A stretch of 64,000 nucleotides of DNA from assembly GCA_035403965.1 (NCBI GenBank), contig DAONGE010000002.1:466-64465 (forward strand), in the 5' to 3' direction. Position 1 is the first letter of the stretch. Each line of letters opens with the position of its first letter. Both the position numbers and the translations under genes were made by a program. The DNA is from Candidatus Omnitrophota bacterium. GTDB taxonomy: Bacteria > Omnitrophota > Gorgyraeia > Tantalellales > Tantalellaceae. Below the pieces are notes generated by a model. The model was not told where the DNA came from. It worked only from the letters and a program-made list of their open reading frames with translations, and did no database searches. Of the stretch, positions 1-10,286 are shown piece by piece.

Positions 1-9
1 AAGGTAGTT

Positions 10-1056
10 ATGGCGGAAAGAAAACGGGATGACAGGAATTTACTGGTCCTGACGCACATTATCAGGTTGTATGTTTCCACGGCCGCGCCGGTCAGTTCTA
101 AGGCGGTTGTGGAACGTATGGGGAACACCGTTTCCAGCGCTACCGTGCGTAACGTTATGGCTGAACTTGAGGAAAAGGGGCTTATCGAGCAGCCGCATAC
201 TTCGGCCGGAAGGATACCGACCGATCGCGGGTATCGGAAATACGTTGATCACATAAAAGAGAGGCTTAGGACGGAAAAACGTACGGTTGAGCATCTCGCG
301 AAGCAGTATTCGGAATGCATACAGACGATACAGGAGCTTATATCCGAGACCTCGATGATCATAAATAAGGAATTGCGTCACGCGAGTCTTATTATGTTGC
401 CCACGATAGGGAATCTGTATCTGAAAAAACTGGAGCTTATTAAGATCAGGGCACAGAATATCATGGGTGTTCTTGTGACCGTGCCGAACGTAGTGAGAAA
501 CTATATCATAACTTTGGACCGGGATGTGGATAACGGCGAACTGGAAAAAGTGGCCAATTATATTAACGATAAATGTGAAAAAAGGGAAATGGCTGGGATC
601 CCGTCGTATCTTGAGAGTTTGATAGCCGATGAAGAGGCCGGCGAAATGATAAAGACCGCCGCCACGGCGCTGGAAGTAATGAGGAACATAGTCAGACAGA
701 ACGCGGAGAATGAGATATTTTTCGATGGTGTGAACTTTTTCGGACAGGAACCGGAATTCGGGCATCCGGAGATAGTGCGGAGGCTTCTCCGTATAGTAGC
801 CGACAAAAAAGAAATAGCGCGTTTGATGAGAGAAGAGCTTCCGTATCGAGGAGTGAAAATATATATTGGCAGGGAGAACCATGCGGATGAGCTTATGGAT
901 TTCAGTCTTATCACTTCGGGATACGATCTTGGAGGGAATACGGTCGGGCGGATAGGCGTCATTGGGCCAACGCGAATGGATTACGATAACGCGCTGACCG
1001 TTATAGATTGTCTGTCGGGGCTTATCAGCTCAAAACTTGAAGAGATGAACGGATAA
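10..1056 (+). CDS. hrcA: Heat-inducible transcription repressor HrcA
   Basis: 348 aa; N-terminal winged-helix region then HrcA C-terminal domain; sits immediately upstream of grpE-dnaK-dnaJ, the classic hrcA-grpE-dnaK-dnaJ operon order. Confidence 0.85.
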   Translation: MAERKRDDRNLLVLTHIIRLYVSTAAPVSSKAVVERMGNTVSSATVRNVMAELEEKGLIEQPHTSAGRIPTDRGYRKYVDHIKERLRTEKRTVEHLAKQYSECIQTIQELISETSMIINKELRHASLIMLPTIGNLYLKKLELIKIRAQNIMGVLVTVPNVVRNYIITLDRDVDNGELEKVANYINDKCEKREMAGIPSYLESLIADEEAGEMIKTAATALEVMRNIVRQNAENEIFFDGVNFFGQEPEFGHPEIVRRLLRIVADKKEIARLMREELPYRGVKIYIGRENHADELMDFSLITSGYDLGGNTVGRIGVIGPTRMDYDNALTVIDCLSGLISSKLEEMNG

Positions 1057-1094
1057 TAACCGGGCCTATAGAGAGAACACAGAGGTGAGAATTT

Positions 1095-1739
1095 ATGGAA
1101 GACAAAAAAAATAATATGAATAGTAATTCGCAGAAAGAGAATCCGGAAAAAACCGTCGACAATGCGGCCTCCGTGAAGAATAACAATAAAAAAACTGAAC
1201 ATAATAACGAAAAAAAAGAAAAAATGGCGGTTATCGGCGAGAATGAGTTGGCGCAGCTTAAAGCAAAAGCTGCGGAGCGTGATGAGTATTATGAAAGAAT
1301 GCTGAAAACGTTGGCCGAGAGCGATAATCTGCGTAAAAGACTTGAAAAAGAGAAATCGGAACATGTCAAGTACGCGAACGAAGGGATCATCCTGGAATTT
1401 CTGGGGATACTGGACAATTTTGAGCGCGGAGTGAAATTCGCCGAACAGAAAAAAGATTTTGATCTGTTGCATCAGGGCGTCGAAATGATACTTAAGCAGA
1501 TATACAAATTGCTTGAGGAAAAAGGGCTTAAAAAGATAGCCAGCAAGGGTGAGAAATTCGATCCGTACAGACATGAGGTTTTGGAGGTAGTGGAGGGTGA
1601 AAAGGAAGAGGACGGTAAAGTGTCCGAAGAGCTGCAGTCCGGGTACGAGCTGAACGGACGTGTTATACGTCCGGGTAAGGTTAAGGTCATAAGGGCGAAC
1701 GAAAATAATAACGAAAAAGATAATATAAAGGAGGAGTAA
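1095..1739 (+). CDS. grpE: Nucleotide exchange factor GrpE, with a roughly 50-aa N/K/E-rich low-complexity N-terminal extension
   Basis: 214 aa; coiled-coil plus C-terminal beta-domain typical of GrpE; lies between hrcA and dnaK; GGTGAG RBS upstream. Confidence 0.85.
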   Translation: MEDKKNNMNSNSQKENPEKTVDNAASVKNNNKKTEHNNEKKEKMAVIGENELAQLKAKAAERDEYYERMLKTLAESDNLRKRLEKEKSEHVKYANEGIILEFLGILDNFERGVKFAEQKKDFDLLHQGVEMILKQIYKLLEEKGLKKIASKGEKFDPYRHEVLEVVEGEKEEDGKVSEELQSGYELNGRVIRPGKVKVIRANENNNEKDNIKEE

Positions 1740-1740
1740 T

Positions 1741-3609
1741 ATGGCTAAAGTTATAGGGATAGATCTTGGAACATCAAATTCGGCGGCCGCGGTTATGGAA
1801 GCGGGTCGTCCTGTGATCATACCGTCGGCGGAAGGCGCGGGTGTTGCCAGCGGAAAGGCTTTTCCTTCGGTGATATGTTTCACTAAAGACGGACAGCGCC
1901 TTATCGGCGAACCTGCCAGAAGGCAGTCTGCTGTTAATCCTGAGGGAACGATAATGGCGGCAAAGAGGAAGATGGGGATGGATCATAAATTCAAGATATA
2001 CGGCAAAGAATATACGCCGCAACAGATATCGGCGTTCATTCTTCAGAAGATAAAACAGGACGCCGAGGCGTATCTTGGCGATACCGTTAACGAAGCTGTT
2101 ATCACGGTTCCTGCGTATTTCAATGATAACCAGAGACAGGCGACGAAAGACGCCGGAGAGATAGCGGGTCTAAAGGTTTTGAGGATAGTGAATGAGCCGA
2201 CAGCGGCGTGTCTCGCGTACGGGCTTAATAAAGTCGGGAAAGAAATGAAGATTCTGGTATTCGACCTCGGTGGCGGTACGCTGGATGTTACGATCATGGA
2301 AATGTGGGCCGAAGGCGGATTCGAGGTTCTTTCTACAAGCGGAGATACTCAGCTCGGTGGAACGGATATGGACAACGTGTTTTTGAACTATATCGCCGAT
2401 GATTTTAAAAAACAGACAGGTATAGATATTCGGAACGATAAGATGGCGATGCAGAGGTTACGCGAAGCCGCAGAAAAAGCGAAAATAGAATTATCCAGTA
2501 CCGTAACGACGGATATAAATCTTCCGTTCATTACCGCGGACGCGAGCGGACCGAAACATCTTACTATGTCCGTGAACAGGGCCAAGCTGGAAGAGCTGAT
2601 CGGTTCTATCATCGAAAGATGTAAAGCCCCGTTGAAGCAGGCATTGGATGACGCAAAGCTTACACCGCAGAATATAGATAAGATCATCATGGTCGGCGGA
2701 CCCACGAGAATGCCGATTGTTCAGAAATTCGTCGAGGAATACGTAGGTAAGAAAATAGAACGAGGTATCGATCCGATGGAATGCGTCGCGCTCGGCGCCG
2801 CTGTACAGGCCGCGATCATTACCGGTGAGACGAAGGATGTGGTTCTTCTGGATGTTACCCCGCTTTCTTTAGGTCTCGAAACACTTGGCGGCGTATGCAC
2901 AAAACTTATCGAGCGGAATACTACGATACCGACGAAAAAGAGTCAGGTGTTCTCGACGGCCGGAGATAATCAGACCGCAGTGACGATACGCGTTCTGCAG
3001 GGCGAACGAGAGATGGCCGACGGTAACGTTGAGCTTGGCAGGTTCGATCTTGTGGGTATACCTCCCGCGCCGCGCGGTGTTCCGCAGATAGAAGTAGCTT
3101 TCGATATAGATAAAGACGGTATCGTTCATGTTTCGGCTAAAGATCTCGGGACGGGGAAAGAACAGTCTATAAGGATAACCGCTCCCAAAAAACTGTCTAA
3201 AGAAGAGATCGATAAAATGGTGAAGGAAGCGGAGAAATTCTCGGATCAGGATAAAAAACGCAAAGAGGTCATCGAGGTCAAGAACCAGGCGGATTCAATG
3301 ATGTACGCCACAGAAAAAACGATGAAGGATCTCGGCGATAAGATCTCAGCGCAAGATAAAACTAACATCGAGGAAAAGATAAAGGATCTTAAGGAAAAAG
3401 TTAAAACGGATAATCTGGACGAGATAAAGAAAGGTATAGACGAACTGACGAAGGCGTCTTACAAAATATCCGAGGAAGTGTATAAACAGGCCGCTCAGAA
3501 TAAACAGGGGGCTTCGGGGGCCGGTGCTCAAGGGGCGGCTCAGCCGGAAGGTAAAAAGAAAGACGACGATGTCGTGGACGCGGATTTCAAGGTTGACGAC
3601 GGCAAATAA
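1741..3609 (+). CDS. dnaK: Molecular chaperone DnaK (Hsp70)
   Basis: 622 aa; [18 protein letters not shown] and other Hsp70 signatures; one-base gap after grpE. Confidence 0.95.
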   Translation: MAKVIGIDLGTSNSAAAVMEAGRPVIIPSAEGAGVASGKAFPSVICFTKDGQRLIGEPARRQSAVNPEGTIMAAKRKMGMDHKFKIYGKEYTPQQISAFILQKIKQDAEAYLGDTVNEAVITVPAYFNDNQRQATKDAGEIAGLKVLRIVNEPTAACLAYGLNKVGKEMKILVFDLGGGTLDVTIMEMWAEGGFEVLSTSGDTQLGGTDMDNVFLNYIADDFKKQTGIDIRNDKMAMQRLREAAEKAKIELSSTVTTDINLPFITADASGPKHLTMSVNRAKLEELIGSIIERCKAPLKQALDDAKLTPQNIDKIIMVGGPTRMPIVQKFVEEYVGKKIERGIDPMECVALGAAVQAAIITGETKDVVLLDVTPLSLGLETLGGVCTKLIERNTTIPTKKSQVFSTAGDNQTAVTIRVLQGEREMADGNVELGRFDLVGIPPAPRGVPQIEVAFDIDKDGIVHVSAKDLGTGKEQSIRITAPKKLSKEEIDKMVKEAEKFSDQDKKRKEVIEVKNQADSMMYATEKTMKDLGDKISAQDKTNIEEKIKDLKEKVKTDNLDEIKKGIDELTKASYKISEEVYKQAAQNKQGASGAGAQGAAQPEGKKKDDDVVDADFKVDDGK

Positions 3610-3631
3610 AGAAGGATAGAGAAAGGTATCA

Positions 3632-4768
3632 ATGTCCAAAAAAGATTATTATGAGATACTCGGTGTGAGCCGGGATGTTTCGGAGGAAGAATTAAAAAAG
3701 GCGTATAGAAAACTCGCGGTGAAATATCACCCGGACAAAAATCCGGGTGATAAGGCCGCTGAGGAGCATTTCAAGGAAATCGCACACGCGTATGAGATGC
3801 TGAGCGATCCGGATAAGCGCCGTAAATATGATCAGTATGGTGAAGCCGCGTTTCAGTACGGCGGCGCGGGGGCCGGAGGGTTTCACGATCCTTTCGATGT
3901 GTTCCGGGATGTCTTTTCGGGGAATTTTGGCGATATGTTCGGCGACGTGTTCGGTTTTGGCGGAGGCTCCGGATCGAGGAGAGGGCACAATCGCGGCAGG
4001 GATCTTGAATATTCCATCAAACTTGAGTTCATGGAAGCCGTGAACGGCGTGGAAAAAGAGATAAACGTTCGAAGGTTCGAGGCCTGCGAAGCGTGTAGCG
4101 GCAGCGGCGCTAAAAAAGGAAGCGGGCATACGACATGTCAGAGGTGCGGCGGCAGCGGCATGATAAGGCAGAGTGCCGGATTTTTCAGCATAAGCCAGAC
4201 TTGTGGCGCGTGCTCCGGGACCGGAAAAGTGATAAAGGATCCTTGTTCCTCCTGCGGCGGCAGCGGCAGAAAAGAGAATACGCGCAAGATCAAGGTGAGG
4301 ATCCCGGCAGGTGTGGATAACGGTATCCGTGTGCGACTTTCAGGCGAAGGCGAGGCCGGTCTTAACGGCGGGCCCAGCGGAGATCTTTATGTGTCCATGT
4401 CGGTTAAAAAACATGAGGTTTTTTCTAGGGAAGAATTTGATATTTATTGCGCGATCCCGGTCTCTTTTGCCGAATTAGTGTTGGGCGCGGAGATAGAAAT
4501 CCCCACAATAAGCGGGGTTACGACGGTAACGATACCGGCGGGAACAGCTTCCGGGCATGTGTTCCGGCTAAAAGGTCTTGGCGTGACACGGCTTGACGGC
4601 AGGGGTAAAGGGGATGAATTTGTTAAGATCGAGGTCGAGATCCCGCACGGTCTTAGCGCCGAACAGAAAAGGTTACTGAACGAATTTAACGACAGCATCA
4701 GCAAAAATAAAGATTATATGTCCGGAGCGAAAAAGATAGTAGATAAAATAAAAAAGGTTTTTGAATAA
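3632..4768 (+). CDS. dnaJ: Molecular chaperone DnaJ
   Basis: 378 aa; J-domain with HPD, G/F-rich linker, four CxxCxGxG zinc-finger repeats, C-terminal substrate-binding domains. Confidence 0.95.
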   Translation: MSKKDYYEILGVSRDVSEEELKKAYRKLAVKYHPDKNPGDKAAEEHFKEIAHAYEMLSDPDKRRKYDQYGEAAFQYGGAGAGGFHDPFDVFRDVFSGNFGDMFGDVFGFGGGSGSRRGHNRGRDLEYSIKLEFMEAVNGVEKEINVRRFEACEACSGSGAKKGSGHTTCQRCGGSGMIRQSAGFFSISQTCGACSGTGKVIKDPCSSCGGSGRKENTRKIKVRIPAGVDNGIRVRLSGEGEAGLNGGPSGDLYVSMSVKKHEVFSREEFDIYCAIPVSFAELVLGAEIEIPTISGVTTVTIPAGTASGHVFRLKGLGVTRLDGRGKGDEFVKIEVEIPHGLSAEQKRLLNEFNDSISKNKDYMSGAKKIVDKIKKVFE

Positions 4769-4789
4769 ATAAAAAAGCAAGGAGATAGT

Positions 4790-5032
4790 ATGCCGACGTA
4801 CGAGTATAAATGCGAGAAATGCGATCATGTTTTCGAAAAATTTCAGAAAATGACCGACGAACCCGTTAAAGAGTGCCCTAAATGTAAATCGCCCGTAAAA
4901 AAGGTCATCAATCCCGGGGCGGGTATTATCCTGAAGGGATCCGGGTTTTACCAGACAGACTATAAAAATCCTTCTTCAGGGAAGAGCCCTTGCGGTAAGG
5001 ATACTCCCTGTTCTTCATGCGGCTTGGATTGA
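4790..5032 (+). CDS. FmdB-family zinc-ribbon protein with an additional C-terminal Cys-rich tail
   Basis: 80 aa; MPTYEYKCEKCDHVFE...CPKCKS is the canonical FmdB putative regulatory zinc ribbon; extra CGKDTPCSSCG at the C-terminus. Confidence 0.7.
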   Translation: MPTYEYKCEKCDHVFEKFQKMTDEPVKECPKCKSPVKKVINPGAGIILKGSGFYQTDYKNPSSGKSPCGKDTPCSSCGLD

Positions 5033-5033
5033 A

Positions 5034-5429
5034 ATGCCCCGATCAACGAATAAGATAGTCTTCTTAAGATGGGCCATGACCGTTGGATGGGCCGGTATGG
5101 TTACTTTTCTGTCGCTTTGTCCAAGTGAGACTTTTCAGAATATCCAAACCCCGTTCTACGGGGAGGATAAACTTGTGCATTTTGTGATGTATATGGTTTT
5201 TTCGTTACTTTTGATCCGGGCGTTTTTGGTTTCCAGGGCTTGGAAAAAGGATAAAATACGCATTTTTTTGTTTACAGCGGTGTTTACCATAGGATATAGT
5301 ATCGTAATGGAAATCGCCCAGGGATTTCTTGCTACGAGGGTGGCAAGTTTCGGGGATATTGCCGCTAATGCGGCCGGGGTTGTAGCGTCGATCCTGTTGG
5401 TGAGAGAGGCAAAAGAATGGTTAAAGTGA
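5034..5429 (+). CDS. VanZ-like small membrane protein
   Basis: 131 aa; 3-4 predicted TM helices; size and hydrophobic pattern resemble the VanZ-like family; weak assignment. Confidence 0.4.
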   Translation: MPRSTNKIVFLRWAMTVGWAGMVTFLSLCPSETFQNIQTPFYGEDKLVHFVMYMVFSLLLIRAFLVSRAWKKDKIRIFLFTAVFTIGYSIVMEIAQGFLATRVASFGDIAANAAGVVASILLVREAKEWLK

Positions 5430-6697
5430 TCCCTTTCAGAGGGCTGCTTTACGATAAAAAGAAAGCCGGTGCAGATCTTTCTAAAGTGTGTGCGCCGCCG
5501 TATGACGTAATATCTGAAGATATGAGACGCGAACTTCATGACAAAAACGCATACAATATAATACGAGTGATACTGGGGTATTCCAATCCCGGGGACACTT
5601 CGGATGATAACGTATATACACGTGCTGGAAAGACTTTCGGAGGTTGGGTAGATAACGGCATTCTTGCGAGAGACGGACAGCCGGCGTTCTATGTTTATCA
5701 GCAAAAGTATAAATTGAACGGAAAAACCCTCAGTCGCATAGGGTTCATCGGCCGGATGAAGATTGAGGATTTCGGCAAGAACAAAGTTCTTCCGCATGAG
5801 CATACGCTTTCTTCGCCCAAGACAGATAGAATGAATCTTATAAAACAGGTCGGCGCAAATCTCAGTCCCATATTCGGTCTTTTTTCGGACTATAAAGGCA
5901 ATATAAGCGCCATACTTAAAAAGGCGGCGGCTAAAAAACCGGCGATCGATATCGTGATAAACGGGGAACGTCATAAACTTTGGCGGATTGACGATGAAAA
6001 ACAGACCGGCAAAATATCGGAACTCATGAAAGATAAGAGGATATTCATCGCCGATGGGCATCACCGTTACGAAGTGGCGAAGTCCTACCGGGATGTCGCG
6101 AGCGCCGAGAAAAAACATAACGGGAACGCGGATTATATCATGATGTATTTTGCCGATATGGACGGGGCCAATAAACTGTCGGTTCTTGCCACACACAGGG
6201 TCATTAAGAATATGCCGATGCTGAGCGATGACGATGTGGTCTCGAAGGTAAAAGGTGTGTTCAAGGCGGTCGAATGTAAGAACTGGAAAGAACTAGCTTC
6301 AAAGATGGCGAAGAAAACAAAAAAACACGTGTTTGGTTTTTGGGGCGGGAAAAAATATATATTTCTCGAGTTGAAAGACGAGAAGAAGGCCCTGGAAATG
6401 ATAGAAGAGAATAAATCGGTAGACTGGAAAAAACTGGATGTCAGTATTTTGCATTATTTGCTATTTAAAAAACTGCTGGATGTCAGGGCCGAGGAAGGCA
6501 ATATAACTTATGTAAAAAATCCGGAGGAAGCTATATCTCTGGTGAACAAAGGGTCACACGCGTGCGCTTTCTTTCTGAATCCAACAAAGGTTCAGGAACT
6601 TACGGCGGTAGCTGAAAGCGGGGATATGATGCCCCAGAAATCGACCTATTTCTATCCTAAATTGTTGACGGGTCTTGTGATGAATAAATTTGATTAG
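5417..6697 (+). CDS. DUF1015 family protein
   Basis: 426 aa; N-terminal V(I)PFRGLLYD...PPYDVIS is the hallmark start of DUF1015 proteins. Confidence 0.8.
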   Translation: MVKVIPFRGLLYDKKKAGADLSKVCAPPYDVISEDMRRELHDKNAYNIIRVILGYSNPGDTSDDNVYTRAGKTFGGWVDNGILARDGQPAFYVYQQKYKLNGKTLSRIGFIGRMKIEDFGKNKVLPHEHTLSSPKTDRMNLIKQVGANLSPIFGLFSDYKGNISAILKKAAAKKPAIDIVINGERHKLWRIDDEKQTGKISELMKDKRIFIADGHHRYEVAKSYRDVASAEKKHNGNADYIMMYFADMDGANKLSVLATHRVIKNMPMLSDDDVVSKVKGVFKAVECKNWKELASKMAKKTKKHVFGFWGGKKYIFLELKDEKKALEMIEENKSVDWKKLDVSILHYLLFKKLLDVRAEEGNITYVKNPEEAISLVNKGSHACAFFLNPTKVQELTAVAESGDMMPQKSTYFYPKLLTGLVMNKFD

Positions 6698-6730
6698 AGG
6701 ACAGTCAGCCGTTCGGATGAAAGGAGCAAT

Positions 6731-7585
6731 ATGTCATTTTTTGCGAAGAAACCTAAAATATTCAAGATCGAGAGAAAAAAGGATATGCCAGGAGGGCTCT
6801 GGACAAAGTGTCCGGAATGCGGCGAGCTTTTGTATAACAAACGCTTGACGGAAAACATGGAGACATGCCCTAAGTGTGATTACCATTTTCGCATCGGGGC
6901 GTATGAACGTATACAGGTTGTGTTGGACGCCGATAGTTTTCGTGAAATGTTCCAGGGAATGCAGAGTAAAGATCCATTAAATTTTAAAGGACCTAAAGAT
7001 TATCCTTCCAAGATCAAAAAAGACCAGAAATTGACCGGGCTTAATGAGGCCGCCGTCGTGGGAGAAGGTACTATTAACGGGCGTCGCGTCGCTCTCGGTG
7101 TTACCGACTCACGTTTCATTATGGGATCGATGGGATCTGTGGTTGGTGAAAAAATAACAAGATTGATAGAATATGCCAATGCGGAAAGAATCCCGCTTAT
7201 AGTTATTTCCGGTTCAGGCGGAGGTGCGAGGATGTATGAAGGAGTCCTTTCTCTGATGCAGATGGCCAAGACAAGCGCCGCGCTCGAGAAGCTTCATAAG
7301 AACGGAGGCTTTTTTGTTTCGGTTCTGACCAATCCCACAATGGCCGGTATAATGGCCAGTTTCGCTTCATTGGGCGATATCATAATGGCCGAACCAAGGG
7401 CACTTATCGGGTTTACCGGGCCGCGAGTTATTCAGCAGACCATAAAACAGGAATTGCCGGAAGGATTTCAAAGCTCGGAGTTTCTTTTGGAACACGGCCT
7501 TATCGACATGGTAGTTCGGCGGTGTGATATGAAAGAAACCTTATTCAAGCTGATGGAACATTTCAAGGTATTGGCCCGCAAATAA
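6731..7585 (+). CDS. accD: Acetyl-CoA carboxylase carboxyltransferase beta subunit AccD
   Basis: 284 aa; N-terminal CxxC...CxxC zinc ribbon (CPECGE...CPKCDYH) followed by the carboxyltransferase domain. Confidence 0.9.
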   Translation: MSFFAKKPKIFKIERKKDMPGGLWTKCPECGELLYNKRLTENMETCPKCDYHFRIGAYERIQVVLDADSFREMFQGMQSKDPLNFKGPKDYPSKIKKDQKLTGLNEAAVVGEGTINGRRVALGVTDSRFIMGSMGSVVGEKITRLIEYANAERIPLIVISGSGGGARMYEGVLSLMQMAKTSAALEKLHKNGGFFVSVLTNPTMAGIMASFASLGDIIMAEPRALIGFTGPRVIQQTIKQELPEGFQSSEFLLEHGLIDMVVRRCDMKETLFKLMEHFKVLARK

Positions 7586-7653
7586 GGACAGATGCAGTAT
7601 TTCCGTGTATTGTCCGGTGGGAAGTGTTCAAGGGGGCGCGGGTGTTATACTTA

Positions 7654-7682
7654 TTGACATCATAGGGTATATATAGTATATA
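7654..7682 (+). promoter_or_regulatory. Putative sigma70 promoter (TTGACA-17-TATATA) in the 154-bp gap upstream of the ABC ATPase gene
   Basis: TTGACA at 7654-7659, 17-nt spacer, TATATA at 7677-7682; largest intergenic gap in the housekeeping part. Confidence 0.45.
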
Positions 7683-7739
7683 GAAATGATGTTTTAAGTT
7701 GGCACAGTCTGATTTTTTAGAACGGTAATAGGTGGTGGA

Positions 7740-8843
7740 ATGGCTCAAGTAAGTCTACGGCATGTTAAGAAAACGTATCCGGGAGGAGTCTGCGCCGTCA
7801 ATAATGTCAGTTTTGGCGTCGATAACAAGGAATTTGTGGTTCTTGTAGGACCTTCGGGGTGCGGAAAATCCACGACTTTGCGTCTGATAGCCGGTCTTGA
7901 AACCCTTACTGAAGGAGATGTATACATTGGAGACCGAAAGGTCAACAATGTCCAGCCAAAAGACCGAGATATAGCGATGGTATTCCAGAATTATGCGTTA
8001 TATCCGCATATGAATGTGTATGAAAATATGGCTTTTGGGCTCAAGCTTAAGAAATATCCTAAAGAAGAAATAGTATCTCGTGTTAAAGAAGCCGCGTCGA
8101 TATTGGGCCTGGAACAGCTGTTGGATAGAAAACCCCGTGAGCTTTCAGGGGGGCAGCGGCAGAGGGTAGCCGTCGGCAGGGCCATAGTCAGAAAACCGCT
8201 GGTGTTTCTTTTCGATGAACCGCTAAGTAATCTTGACGCTAAACTAAGGGTGATGATGCGTACGGAGCTGCACCGGATACACATACGGTTACAGTCCACG
8301 ATGATATATGTTACGCATGATCAGACCGAGGCCATGACGCTTGGGGATCGCATAGTCGTGATGAGGGACGGCGAGATACAGCAGATCGATACGCCGAACA
8401 ACGTGTATAACAATCCGGTAAATAAATTTGTAGCGAGTTTTATCGGAGAGCCTCCGATGAATTTTATGGAAGGGCGCATAATAAAGAAAGACGGGAAATT
8501 TTATTTTGACGAGGGCAATTTTAAGGTAAAGATAGTTGAAAGCATGTATGATATCCTGCGCGAGTATGCGGATATGCGTATCATAATGGGCATCAGGAGC
8601 GAGGACATATACGATAAACTTTTTGTCTCCGAAGCTCCTCCAGAGAATATAGTTACGCTGACCTGTGATGTGGTGGAACATCTCGGGTCGGCTGTTTATA
8701 TACACCTGAATACCGGCAAAAATTTTCTTGTTGCCAGGGTTTCCGGCGAGGCGGATCCGCAGATAAATCAGGATATGGATGTTGTTCTGGATATGAGCAA
8801 GGTTCATTTCTTTGATAAATCGACGGAAAAAACAATTATATAA
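7740..8843 (+). CDS. ABC transporter ATP-binding protein, MalK/UgpC/MsmX-type (carbohydrate importer ATPase with C-terminal TOBE domain); orphan, no permease adjacent
   Basis: 367 aa; Walker A GPSGCGKST, signature LSGGQRQR, Walker B LFDEPLSNLD, H-loop; C-terminal regulatory/TOBE-like region. Confidence 0.85.
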   Translation: MAQVSLRHVKKTYPGGVCAVNNVSFGVDNKEFVVLVGPSGCGKSTTLRLIAGLETLTEGDVYIGDRKVNNVQPKDRDIAMVFQNYALYPHMNVYENMAFGLKLKKYPKEEIVSRVKEAASILGLEQLLDRKPRELSGGQRQRVAVGRAIVRKPLVFLFDEPLSNLDAKLRVMMRTELHRIHIRLQSTMIYVTHDQTEAMTLGDRIVVMRDGEIQQIDTPNNVYNNPVNKFVASFIGEPPMNFMEGRIIKKDGKFYFDEGNFKVKIVESMYDILREYADMRIIMGIRSEDIYDKLFVSEAPPENIVTLTCDVVEHLGSAVYIHLNTGKNFLVARVSGEADPQINQDMDVVLDMSKVHFFDKSTEKTII

Positions 8844-8849
8844 AAATTC

Positions 8850-10286
8850 ATGACTCCTTTCGTAAAAAGGAATCTTCTAGTACCATTCTCGACCGTATTT
8901 TTTGTGGGACTTCTATGCGGGCTGGTATATCTTGTGCCGCTCCTGAACAACAGGGTCCAGCATCTCGAGCTTTTTATACTAAGCTTTCTAGTTATGCTCA
9001 CACTTGCGGTCATGCTCTTCTGGGCGCTTCTTGGCGCGGTAGGAGGGTTGCTTGCTTTCCTTCTGGCGATGATATTCATCTATAAACCCCTCACGGGGAT
9101 GAACCCGTACTATTACAGCATTCTGCTTATGGCGTTTTTCCTTAACGGTATACTCGGGCACTATATTTATAAAAAAATAAACCGTTCAAAACAGGAATAT
9201 ACCGTTACGATCGAAAAAGTGGAGGAAGACACCAATCTTATCAAAGATCATTTCGAGAACAGAGTGGCCGAGATCTCGGCGATGGAAGAGAAGATAGACA
9301 GCTTGATTAAGCTGAAGGGGATATCGGATGAGCTAAATCTTTCCCTTTCGACCGAAGAGGTCATAAAAATATCCGTCGATCGGACGTTCGACAAATTTAA
9401 AGGCGATGTGCGCGTTATGCTTTTTCTTGTGGATGACAAAACCAAGGAACTGGTTCTGTCGACTACCGTAAAAGCCGATAACAGGGAAACCCCTCAAATG
9501 AAGAAAGGCGGCATATTTGAACGTTGGGTCATGAAAAACATGCAGAGTCTTTTGGTGAAAGACATCAACAAGGATTATAGGTTTTCTGTAGAGGGCGAGG
9601 ATAGAGGGGAGAATATAATATCGTTGATGTGCAAACCGCTTATCAGCGAAGGATATCTGTGCGGAATACTAAGAGTTGACAGCACGGAGCATGACAGGTT
9701 CAGTCAGCATGATCTCAGGATACTAGATATCGTTGGGGAACTTACGGCTGTAGGGCTTGAGAACGCGAAATTATACAAAAAGACGGAGGAGCTTGCTATA
9801 AGCGATAGTCTGACCGGATTATATGTTCATCGTTATTTTATGGAAAGGCTCGAGGAAGAGGTTAAAAGGGCTTTGCGCAGCAGCAGTGTCTTTTCGCTCT
9901 TGATTCTTGATATAGACGATTTTAAGAATTTCAACGACAGATACGGTCATATCGCCGGAGATATTGTGCTTAAGAACGTAAGCCGTGTGCTGAAAAATAA
10001 ATCTTCAGCTGGTGATATCATATGCCGTTACGGCGGAGAAGAGTTCGCGTTTATCGCGTTGAATCATAACAGAGAATCGGCGTTGAAATTGGCCGAAGAG
10101 ATCCGTGAAGAAGTGCAAAATAGTTTTGTGACGATACGGCGCGAGAATAAATCAGTGACCGTTTCTATAGGGATTGCGGTTTTCCCGGACGATGCTAAAC
10201 TCAGAGAAGATCTGATATGGGAAGCCGACAGGCGTATGTATCAGGCCAAAACAAAGGGTAAGAACAGGGTAGTATGTTCAAAGTGA
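8850..10286 (+). CDS. Membrane-anchored GAF-GGDEF diguanylate cyclase; GGEEF intact, no RxxD I-site
   Basis: 478 aa; N-terminal TM helices, central GAF-like region, C-terminal GGDEF with RYGGEEF; SAGD in place of the RxxD I-site upstream of GGEEF. Confidence 0.8.
   Translation: MTPFVKRNLLVPFSTVFFVGLLCGLVYLVPLLNNRVQHLELFILSFLVMLTLAVMLFWALLGAVGGLLAFLLAMIFIYKPLTGMNPYYYSILLMAFFLNGILGHYIYKKINRSKQEYTVTIEKVEEDTNLIKDHFENRVAEISAMEEKIDSLIKLKGISDELNLSLSTEEVIKISVDRTFDKFKGDVRVMLFLVDDKTKELVLSTTVKADNRETPQMKKGGIFERWVMKNMQSLLVKDINKDYRFSVEGEDRGENIISLMCKPLISEGYLCGILRVDSTEHDRFSQHDLRILDIVGELTAVGLENAKLYKKTEELAISDSLTGLYVHRYFMERLEEEVKRALRSSSVFSLLILDIDDFKNFNDRYGHIAGDIVLKNVSRVLKNKSSAGDIICRYGGEEFAFIALNHNRESALKLAEEIREEVQNSFVTIRRENKSVTVSIGIAVFPDDAKLREDLIWEADRRMYQAKTKGKNRVVCSK

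Noticed and set aside
1057-1094. Searched for a CIRCE element (TTAGCACTC-N9-GAGTGCTAA) near hrcA/grpE/dnaK
   Set aside because: It is not present in the short intergenic regions. The hrcA start is at position 10, so any CIRCE would lie upstream of the window.
981-1883. Long antisense ORF (300 aa) spanning hrcA end, grpE and dnaK start. Similar minus-strand ORFs lie at 40-882, 5156-6196, 11144-11770, 52243-53347 and 60903-61799.
   Set aside because: All overlap strongly supported + strand genes with recognisable domains, and their translations are low-complexity with no motifs. They are shadow ORFs produced by codon bias.
4135-4320. 61-aa + strand ORF inside dnaJ in another frame. Numerous 60-100-aa ORFs inside other genes are similar.
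   Set aside because: It is embedded in a confidently called gene and has no independent signal.
7587-7620. GGACA...TGTCC inverted repeat after accD, considered as a terminator
   Set aside because: The loop is about 20 nt and no U-tract follows, so it is not a convincing intrinsic terminator.
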